The translations under genes and the position numbers were made by a program. DNA of 64,000 nucleotides from an uncultured virus (IMG/VR IMGVR_UViG_3300025127_000021) (Duplodnaviria > Heunggongvirae > Uroviricota > Caudoviricetes). This document shows positions 57,401 through 64,000 of this stretch, piece by piece; positions within the stretch are counted from its first letter, which is position 1, and each line of letters opens with the position of its first letter. The stretch lies in IMG/VR virus record IMGVR_UViG_3300025127_000021. One strand, given 5' to 3'. Under the pieces are notes generated by a model. It did no database searches. It was not told the origin of the DNA and saw only the letters and a list, made by a program, of their open reading frames with translations.

Positions 57401-60400
57401 AAGCGTTACAAACAGTGTCACCTCTTTGACCACTTCCCCTCAGGGATATAAATTTGGACCTGCTACTCACCATGGCCCGGCAGTCGTGCCAAATACAAAG
57501 TTTAGGTTACCAAAATTTGATGAACCATTGTACCCAACTAGTTACAAAACTCAATATCCAATGACTATGGTCAGTGATGGTTATGGAAACTACGTAGCTT
57601 TTTTGTTCATAAGAGATGACAATGATCAAACCCAAACAGTTAAAAAATGGCAAGGCTTTGGGGGCAACAATATGCATTACGATGATCAAACCGGTGGTAG
57701 CTCTCGTGAACAAAGAAACTATTTTATACCAGTATTTAGAGATAAAAGCCATGGACAATTGAATGGCGGCAACGACCCCGATGAATTTATGCCATCAAGA
57801 ATTAGAACAACTCCATGGGGTGTATCTGTATTTACGGATGAAAACCTAACTGGATACGGAAAAGTCCCAAAAGCCACCGACACCCTCGGTTGGCATGCAG
57901 ACTCAGCAGTTGCTGAAAGCTCTGATGATATATATTGGGGAATCAACATGGGTAAACCAGTTTTTATGCAAAACAGCTTTGTCCAGCTTGTGGGCCGAAA
58001 ACAAAAAGCATGGGAAAAAGTTTATGAGGACAACCCCGGTACTCAACCATATCACCCTGATAGTGATTTTATTACTGAAGTTAATAAACCTGACCTCAAC
58101 GCCAACCTCGGCGACGGAATACAACACACTTTTACGTCGAAAGGGAATGTTGACAGGGGCGATCTGGGAACGCCTGCAAAGCATTCAAACACCATGAAAC
58201 AAGGAGTGTTTCATCCGCTGAAACCACCTATAGTTGTTATTCGTGTACCTAAGAGAAACGGAGACAGAGCCCAGTTTGGGAGCACTACCGAATGGTCAAG
58301 CTACTATGCTGCAAAGTATATGGCAGAAGCAATCAACGATATAAAAAACTACTGGACGGACCCAACAGGAAAATACAAACATATTAGCCCGTTGTATAAG
58401 GCTTTTTCTGATTCTGGTATTATACCCAATAATGGTATTATATCTGCTACCCCATATACCAGCCAAGAGCCTAGTTGGTATAACAACGGCTCCAATCAAA
58501 AGTGGGACGTATCGGCTACATTCTCACAAGACTCTGATAGTCCCGCGCAGCCAATAACTCCCCCCGGCATTCCGCATCCATTTTCAAGATTGGTTATAAC
58601 TAGAAAACCGCCAACTGGCATTGCCGATTACGATGATAGATATTGGAGATACATTATCAATTGGAATACTGGAATAGGAATAAGTAGAAGATCTAGTGTC
58701 AATCAGTATGAAACCACAGAAGAAGTTGGCCGTAGTATATCTGACACTAATCCAAATTACACGTTAACCACTTTTGACTTATTGGAGATGGATGATTTTC
58801 GAGAAAACAGACTGGGGACAAGTGGCTCCCCTATGGTGGCCCATGGGAGCTATACATATCACAGTACTAATTTAAGCTGGAGTGATCTTTCTGATGCATC
58901 CATAAACCTCAACGCTTTATCATCACCTTCAGCCAATGCTGAAAGTAAATATTGCAAAATACAACCTATGCTAACTCCCATGTTTGCTCCGGGGGTTCTA
59001 TTTAACACAATTAAATCTGGTGTAGCGTGTGATTATCCTCTTATGACAGATAGGATTAATAGGGTTTTGGCCGCTGTAACTGGTTCTGAAGGTGCTGTGT
59101 CTTTCTGGATGATTGGTTCTCGTTCCATCGCTACTTCATCTTTTGTTGGAACTACTGATTATTTTGCGTCCACACAAGGTGACCTAGTTCAGAAACCGGA
59201 TGTAAATAATAGTAACAACCCAATTTCGGCCGAAATAGATGATTCCTTTTTTCAAACCGCTAGCGCCAATTTTGATCTTGCTAAAACAATTTTTGACACT
59301 TTGCCTCTTAAGAGAAATTCAACCACAGGAAACTTTAGAGGGTTTGATTTGAGGATACCTTTTGAGGCCCTCGTTGAACCAGAGAACTACTTGGCCAATC
59401 GAAGGATGATTAATCAGGAACCAGATAATTTCTTGTATTTTGATAAACATCTTCGTCTCAATTACGAAACCAGATGGGACGGACAAGGTGACCAAATATA
59501 TAAGAAAATGGCTCACAATTTCCTAGCAGAAGTTCCAGAATTCTTTTTGCTAGACGGTAACTTTAAATCAATAAGATCTTTAGAACAAGGTAACGCTAAC
59601 TTTGGAAATGTAGATGGGTTTTATGCTCAAGCATCTGCTACCAGCAGAACTCCATATTGCTACAAGATGCGTGTAAAGATGTACAAATCTTTGGATAAGA
59701 CTGCAAATACAATATGGTCCAACGGAACTAGAGTTAAACCTCCGCAAGTTTATCTGCCAGACAATGCACCAGTAAACCCTAGAGAGACTATAACGATGTA
59801 CTCAAGGCCTTCTGCCTTTGGTCCACCCTCTTGGGATGGTGATTTCCGAGCCGAATGGGTAGGAAGTTTACAGACGATAACAGGATCTGATAATCGTTTT
59901 GGTTATAATTTCCCATTTACTCCGCCATATTATCACGGTGAAGCTTGGGCAGACATCACATTTAAACCAGATAAAATAAGAAAATACACTTTGTCTGAAA
60001 TTATTGCTTCGTCATCTGTCGAGTATTATAGATATTGGCACCCCAACGCCAACACTTCTATAGAAGCTAGACAAGCGGATAGTGGCATTCACTTTGCCCA
60101 ATGGACAGGTTCCTTGTTGAATAAAACCTCAACTAGTGACAATTTTTACGCACCACAGCATCCATTGTTTGTTAACGACAACGCAATGCAGCTTGAAGCT
60201 AGTCTTAATCTGTTCGGCAGGACACTGGAGGACCCTATACAGCCCAAGTCGCAATCCGGTATGGCAAATATTTTACGTCCAAACATAATAGTAGACACAA
60301 TTGAGCAAAACAAAGCAAGGTGGGTTATCCAACCAAAATTTGAAACCCCCATCTTGAATTTTACAACTGTTTTGAGTCAATCGCAACATATAACAGGAAT

Positions 60401-61859
60401 CGAAATTGACTCAACGCTTGTGAACTCTCTTCCGCTTCAAGTCACCCTAGGCTCCAAGAGGGTGATCAATATATATGATGGCGGTCTACATCACACTATA
60501 TTTTATGATTATGGTTCTGTCCTTGATGTTCCAGACCCCAGCGTTTCTGCGAACTTAATTAGAGTGTCTGTCGACCTTTTTGCAAACGCTGAGATCGTTA
60601 GAGATCAAACCATACTAGCTATAAATGCTAGCAGTAGTTTACAGGTCAGCCCACTTGGCCAGACTGGGATGGTAATAACTTCTAGTGCCGGCGGCATCAT
60701 GCCAAATGCCAGCATCGACGCTAGTGCCTCCCCAACGTTTGCTAGTAAGTTTACAATAACAACGCTTCAAACAGGCTCAATCCATACAGACGCCCCAGTT
60801 GCTCATCACTCCCCAGCAGCGACTACTGTTGGTATGTGGCACCAATATGGCGTTGTTCCAACAGGCTCTCAAGGAATATTCATGCAGATTGAGGACGTTC
60901 CAAAAACATGGATGAAGGGTGCCTTAGGTGTTCATACAGCCAGATCGCAACAAACAGCATCTTTGGCTGACTTGGTAGGGTTTCCAAAAACATCACAAAG
61001 ACTTGGGGAGTTGGCCAGCACTAAGAAGGTCTATGAAGCTGTCGTTGCCATTCCTTTCATAGAAGAGTCTAACGAAAGAAAATTCTTTGAAATACCTCGA
61101 AGGGATATTGATAACGCTCTAGATCCGTCTCCTGAGGTTAGAACTGTTGGTAATTCCATACGTTCTATGGTTGACAAGATGGGCAGGTATGTATTCCCAC
61201 CTTCGATGGACTTTTTGAGAAATCGCGATATTACACCATTTGCTATGTATATCTTTGAATTTAGTCATGTATTTACCAAGCAGGACCTTACGGATATATG
61301 GCAGAATATTGCGCCAAAAATTGGTGTTGCACATCAAGCTGCAACAGCGACAATAACACATGAGCTTTTGTCATCCGAGTTGATCGGTGGTGGAAGTTCT
61401 GCGGAAGACCCAACCCGCGAGGCCAAAAAGAATAGAGACAAAGGGATTCCATTCCCAGATAAAATAAGATGGATGGTGTTCAAGGTCAAACAAAGAGCAA
61501 AGACAAATTACTATGACAAAGTTATTCAGAAAAGAGGTATCAAAGAAGAAGAAGAGGCTCGTGAATTAACAAGAGTTAGTTTCAACTGGCCTTACGATTA
61601 CTTTTCGTTAGTTGAACTAGTTAAGCTAGATGCCTCGGTTGTGCTGGCAGAAATAGAGGACCCACCAGTGTCTCCAAATGATGACTCAAATAGAAGTATT
61701 ATGCCCAAGATTACACGATTAAATACGCCTCGCAGCTTAATGAAATCTATGGCAAAGATTACACCCAATGATACAAAAGAAAGATCAGAGATTTTGAAAG
61801 CCATGAAGAGCGCCATCACCGGTGGGTTTAAATTTAATTTTGTCAAAGATGGCGATTAG
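54441..61859 (+). CDS. giant tail/baseplate-associated protein (2472 aa)
   Basis: Uninterrupted ORF rich in Ser/Thr/Gly and aromatic residues; structural context. Confidence 0.7.
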   Translation: MGQPIDFVGLNTFIYEPLGWDTTTQTNLAGGSGSVEKIKNNNVPNLLDYDVPVEQNTFGNLGTMEIEYGQISPAVHNSTFRLTNVKYQLLGGVLPDPATGNKPLDAVGATRAKAQHLNILTLRRNGPYGYSTWKQIRVSQNPLTRKQNKNNIFTYVIQGDEVTSTLSGSVAIKKNRYSTIQKKVETPVASKFKPIEVLLGVTDEDIDRIRRVMVRSPLGNDVVFFNNKEVDQHMDVEYEESEAYKTIKGMYLAGALDSPDSPIDSFEYIKYSETIFPSLINVYQNYSRSRTNFQFSWRSSNEKRVKPSIAFTGSVYHDGAYVQGSTPQTAPSIDNGFGFNVPYQSDWVLDSLWNLTSFAPPQDGLFLTRTGALGLTQYDQYNRYMPTRASISSASVYYYPIGGAAQYWNGDTAYNYRTGSLSSSAGGEGQLMNSYCMFTDWRQVTSSGGSHPAIDDFLTASSLYSRKTLIPTRKSLAAQSGRVYSHHGQNTDDLLHMYHYFGGATAWTAGDTRKSQVDGVLVSNKRYPMDDNYDKFAEYTKILAKDYSIVPEFKISNHVEFYDKFGPQEENKALFGISGSGKYSSNQGEYNSSDEEFYKIYSNTDFMKHFDLVKNDHSEFVEPSAISLKCNAIKKLLPYDGFYPAQRANQLAKQFYKSYGDHFDLDEASVTISDTPGTLDKTQTTELVFMPNRFNAIFEDSTQQPHYGNKVNNNNSTFHELHGEYPQISHDYLSWHSDESTSSYAPNDGYKSGYGVKWLFDRIHQGQMDYHMEGAINPIQDGAFPSQFSGWTSWIPSPEGSTDIKKAKFNVYRAHKLKGHFPALRKWKYWIGINAVNGTSAYQNVNIYGDQRKGWKNGITAASSVDQSFHGAHDGDPIRDPETTLSPTTGLPFKMDINFPRKNNLVHQFSGEVCEYDSVEYKTNNVAGFEYLNLIPDEFFSSYHKLRAQWRVHTNTYSRGYHFGFDSTDRFDSRIPDPSERSANCPKSVTNSVTSLTTSPQGYKFGPATHHGPAVVPNTKFRLPKFDEPLYPTSYKTQYPMTMVSDGYGNYVAFLFIRDDNDQTQTVKKWQGFGGNNMHYDDQTGGSSREQRNYFIPVFRDKSHGQLNGGNDPDEFMPSRIRTTPWGVSVFTDENLTGYGKVPKATDTLGWHADSAVAESSDDIYWGINMGKPVFMQNSFVQLVGRKQKAWEKVYEDNPGTQPYHPDSDFITEVNKPDLNANLGDGIQHTFTSKGNVDRGDLGTPAKHSNTMKQGVFHPLKPPIVVIRVPKRNGDRAQFGSTTEWSSYYAAKYMAEAINDIKNYWTDPTGKYKHISPLYKAFSDSGIIPNNGIISATPYTSQEPSWYNNGSNQKWDVSATFSQDSDSPAQPITPPGIPHPFSRLVITRKPPTGIADYDDRYWRYIINWNTGIGISRRSSVNQYETTEEVGRSISDTNPNYTLTTFDLLEMDDFRENRLGTSGSPMVAHGSYTYHSTNLSWSDLSDASINLNALSSPSANAESKYCKIQPMLTPMFAPGVLFNTIKSGVACDYPLMTDRINRVLAAVTGSEGAVSFWMIGSRSIATSSFVGTTDYFASTQGDLVQKPDVNNSNNPISAEIDDSFFQTASANFDLAKTIFDTLPLKRNSTTGNFRGFDLRIPFEALVEPENYLANRRMINQEPDNFLYFDKHLRLNYETRWDGQGDQIYKKMAHNFLAEVPEFFLLDGNFKSIRSLEQGNANFGNVDGFYAQASATSRTPYCYKMRVKMYKSLDKTANTIWSNGTRVKPPQVYLPDNAPVNPRETITMYSRPSAFGPPSWDGDFRAEWVGSLQTITGSDNRFGYNFPFTPPYYHGEAWADITFKPDKIRKYTLSEIIASSSVEYYRYWHPNANTSIEARQADSGIHFAQWTGSLLNKTSTSDNFYAPQHPLFVNDNAMQLEASLNLFGRTLEDPIQPKSQSGMANILRPNIIVDTIEQNKARWVIQPKFETPILNFTTVLSQSQHITGIEIDSTLVNSLPLQVTLGSKRVINIYDGGLHHTIFYDYGSVLDVPDPSVSANLIRVSVDLFANAEIVRDQTILAINASSSLQVSPLGQTGMVITSSAGGIMPNASIDASASPTFASKFTITTLQTGSIHTDAPVAHHSPAATTVGMWHQYGVVPTGSQGIFMQIEDVPKTWMKGALGVHTARSQQTASLADLVGFPKTSQRLGELASTKKVYEAVVAIPFIEESNERKFFEIPRRDIDNALDPSPEVRTVGNSIRSMVDKMGRYVFPPSMDFLRNRDITPFAMYIFEFSHVFTKQDLTDIWQNIAPKIGVAHQAATATITHELLSSELIGGGSSAEDPTREAKKNRDKGIPFPDKIRWMVFKVKQRAKTNYYDKVIQKRGIKEEEEARELTRVSFNWPYDYFSLVELVKLDASVVLAEIEDPPVSPNDDSNRSIMPKITRLNTPRSLMKSMAKITPNDTKERSEILKAMKSAITGGFKFNFVKDGD

Positions 61860-61875
61860 GTGTGAGGTTTAGAAT

Positions 61876-62982
61876 ATGGAATTTTTCAATGATAAGGAAG
61901 AGGTTATACACTTTGAGTTGACAAGTTACGGTCGACACTTGTTATCTTTAGGCAGGCTTAAGCCTGAGTATTATGCTTTTTATGACGATGATGTGCTATA
62001 TGATTTAGCCCACCAAAACGACGCATCTGGCAATCCTGTTTCAGAAACCCAAGGTGCAATCAAAAAAAGAATCTTAGAAGAAACTCCCTACCTCAAGGCA
62101 CAATCAAATTATTTTGGACTGGATAAAAAAATCTTGGGTGAAGAAACATATTTAAATTTTGAACAAATAAGGTACCCAAGTTCACAAGAAAAGATAAATT
62201 CTTTGAACTATCCTTTGGCCTCTTCGAACGCTTTTAGTGATGGCCGAGGTCCTTCTTGGGAATTAACTTATTTGCATGGAACAACATTAAAAGATACAAC
62301 TTCAAATGTTAGCAAATATTTGGAGAGCAAAGAGCAGTTTACAAACCCATCCGGTCCAAACTACAATGCTGACGCTCGTTTGTCCGGATCTTTACCCTAT
62401 AAGAATATCCCGCAGCTAGAGATGATACTTGAGCATGAGCTATCGGTAAGAAATGTTCACACAGATGAAGAAGAGTATGTTTTGGAGTCTAGCCCTAACT
62501 TACCAGTATCAGAGGTTAAAGCAGATGGTAGTTATATTGCTGTTAAGGAGCAGCAAATATTAATACATTTTCTAGAAAAGCATGGTTTTAGCCACAAAGA
62601 TTCTTTTACCGTTGAGGTTTTTTTGTATGATGATGTCTTGCATGACAAATTCATGCCTTTAGAATTTGAAAAAAGAAACATGAACATGATTAACCCCGAG
62701 TATGAATATGAAGAAGAAGACGAAGCAGTGGGTGACTCTCCACCACTAGAAGAGTATGAAGAGTTGTTGGGCATATCATCTTCAAAATATGTTGAATATT
62801 ATTTTGACTTGAGGATTGATCGAGATGTTCCCGAGGATGACGTTTGTACAGGAATTCAAAAATTAAAAAAACAAGAGATATTCTTAGATTTGGACTATGG
62901 ATGTTTGGAAAGAGAACAAACCAAGGATATAAACATATACAATACGGGTATAGGTGAAGATGACATTGAGGACTGTGAATAA
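61876..62982 (+). CDS. tail/baseplate-associated protein
   Basis: ELTSYGRHLLSLG..AFYDDD resembles LTxxG tail-fibre-attachment N-termini. Confidence 0.6.
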   Translation: MEFFNDKEEVIHFELTSYGRHLLSLGRLKPEYYAFYDDDVLYDLAHQNDASGNPVSETQGAIKKRILEETPYLKAQSNYFGLDKKILGEETYLNFEQIRYPSSQEKINSLNYPLASSNAFSDGRGPSWELTYLHGTTLKDTTSNVSKYLESKEQFTNPSGPNYNADARLSGSLPYKNIPQLEMILEHELSVRNVHTDEEEYVLESSPNLPVSEVKADGSYIAVKEQQILIHFLEKHGFSHKDSFTVEVFLYDDVLHDKFMPLEFEKRNMNMINPEYEYEEEDEAVGDSPPLEEYEELLGISSSKYVEYYFDLRIDRDVPEDDVCTGIQKLKKQEIFLDLDYGCLEREQTKDINIYNTGIGEDDIEDCE

Positions 62983-64000
62983 TGAGTGGTGTTGTAGGTA
63001 ACGAAAATCTGCCAAATGCTTATATCAAAAAAATAAGCATTTACAATTCTGATACAGATAGTAAAAAAATTGTTTTGTTAGACCTTTGTGTCAAAGACGT
63101 AAAAAATCTTGATGGCTCTTGGGGCTGGTTTGATGATAAAATATTAAGAGACAACATGTCAATAATTTGCGTCTTATGTTACAATCCACAAATCATTAAT
63201 TCTATAACCAGAGGAGAACTTACCTTAAGTCCAAAAGAGATAGTTAATCATCCAAGTTTTGTTTCTGGCGATGCGGTGTTCAAAAGAGTTCCTATTAAGT
63301 TAAAAAAGTTTAAAAAAAATGAAACTCCCGGTCTACATTCTTTAAATTATCGCTTGAAATATACTTTAGATTCTGAGTCTTACACAAGAAACACAGGCAA
63401 TGCTGCGGTGTTTGTGGCTTCTTTTGTTGATTTTCAACAAATGACTTCTAAAATTGGAGCGACTGTCCCAAGAGATTATTCCACATTTCACGGACCAATA
63501 CAATCAGATTACATATATAGATCTGGAAAGATGTTAGAAGAAGCCCAAGTTTTGATTGGACCAGATGGCATGATATATTCTGGCCCAACCCATTCGCATG
63601 AGGGGCAAATCATGGCTGGATCAAAACATGGAAATATTCCCCATCCACTTCTTTCGTCCGAAAAGGTTACAAATTTAAAAATAAAAGATTTCACCAAATA
63701 CGCAGGCCCATCAGACCCTGAGCTTAAAAATAAGAAATTTGTTGAGAATTATTTTTCAAATCTTTATTACAGCACGAATAGAAACAAAAAAGTTAACTCT
63801 TTTTTCTTTTTAAATATGTCTAGCATTCTGCTTACAAGGAGTAGATTTGGAAAAGAGATAGCAAAATACTCACCAGAAATTTTTTCTGAAATTTTAAATC
63901 ATACAAAAGTTTCAAATATGATTGTCAAAAGAATCCAATTTTACCCAAAGAGAGCAAAAAAAGGACTGTCAAGTTTTGCTGGAATCAGCAAAGTGTATAA
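62982..64000 (+). CDS. structural protein, truncated by the window end (not in the ORF track)
   Basis: TAATG overlap; MSGVVGNENLPNAYIKKI appears open to 64000; His motif HSHEGQIMAGSKH. Confidence 0.7.
   Translation, partial: MSGVVGNENLPNAYIKKISIYNSDTDSKKIVLLDLCVKDVKNLDGSWGWFDDKILRDNMSIICVLCYNPQIINSITRGELTLSPKEIVNHPSFVSGDAVFKRVPIKLKKFKKNETPGLHSLNYRLKYTLDSESYTRNTGNAAVFVASFVDFQQMTSKIGATVPRDYSTFHGPIQSDYIYRSGKMLEEAQVLIGPDGMIYSGPTHSHEGQIMAGSKHGNIPHPLLSSEKVTNLKIKDFTKYAGPSDPELKNKKFVENYFSNLYYSTNRNKKVNSFFFLNMSSILLTRSRFGKEIAKYSPEIFSEILNHTKVSNMIVKRIQFYPKRAKKGLSSFAGISKVY

Noticed and set aside
125..63697. Many 60-160 aa minus-strand and alternate-frame ORFs in the track
   Set aside because: They are shadows of long + strand genes, often Ser/Phe-rich mirrors of Lys/Glu-rich codons, with no recognisable motifs.
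1..64000. Stop-codon reassignment
   Set aside because: Very long ORFs tile the window under the standard code, and TAA, TAG and TGA all end genes at sensible boundaries.
31752..64000. Bacterial extracellular contractile injection system or T6SS locus
   Set aside because: The context (PhoH, sigma-like gene, Cas4-like nuclease, many phage-type hypotheticals, no housekeeping genes) fits a phage genome, although no capsid gene lies in the window.
1..64000. tRNA or other structured RNA genes
   Set aside because: Intergenic gaps are nearly all too short and no cloverleaf signatures were seen by eye; a tRNAscan-SE/Infernal run would be needed to exclude them formally.

Overview
AT-rich, very gene-dense segment of a large (probably jumbo) tailed myovirus genome, standard genetic code, almost all genes on the + strand. 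0.1-11.6 kb and 14.6-20.2 kb: probable head/internal virion proteins (PcfJ-like, protein kinase, HAD-Nudix, basic Cys-rich modular proteins, a 1857-aa acidic protein) that share two recurring peptide tags (MKLTxxxLxxIIxEE-like and [KR]I[RTN]V[KR][IL][KR]-like) next to candidate (L/I/V)xE cleavage sites. 11.6-12.05 kb: a Fis-like HTH gene with a very AT-rich core, flanked by two near-identical outward-facing sigma70-type promoters. 12-14.6 kb: an operon with a eukaryote-type phosphomannomutase and a cytidylyltransferase. 20-31.8 kb: PIN-PhoH, a Cas4-like nuclease, two GT4 glycosyltransferases, a nonulosonic-acid-like cluster (Maf-like transferase, NeuA, RraA-like aldolase, NeuB, histidine phosphatase) and a probable phage late sigma factor. 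31.7-64 kb: contractile-tail/baseplate module with three paralogous hub-like proteins carrying swapped cell-wall hydrolase domains, a spike-like gene, gp25- and gp6-like wedge genes and three giant 2.3-2.5k-aa proteins. Two promoter classes are visible: TTGACA-N16/17-TATATT and a candidate late motif (A)CTA[AT]TTA. All calls come from motif reading by eye; no database searches were run.
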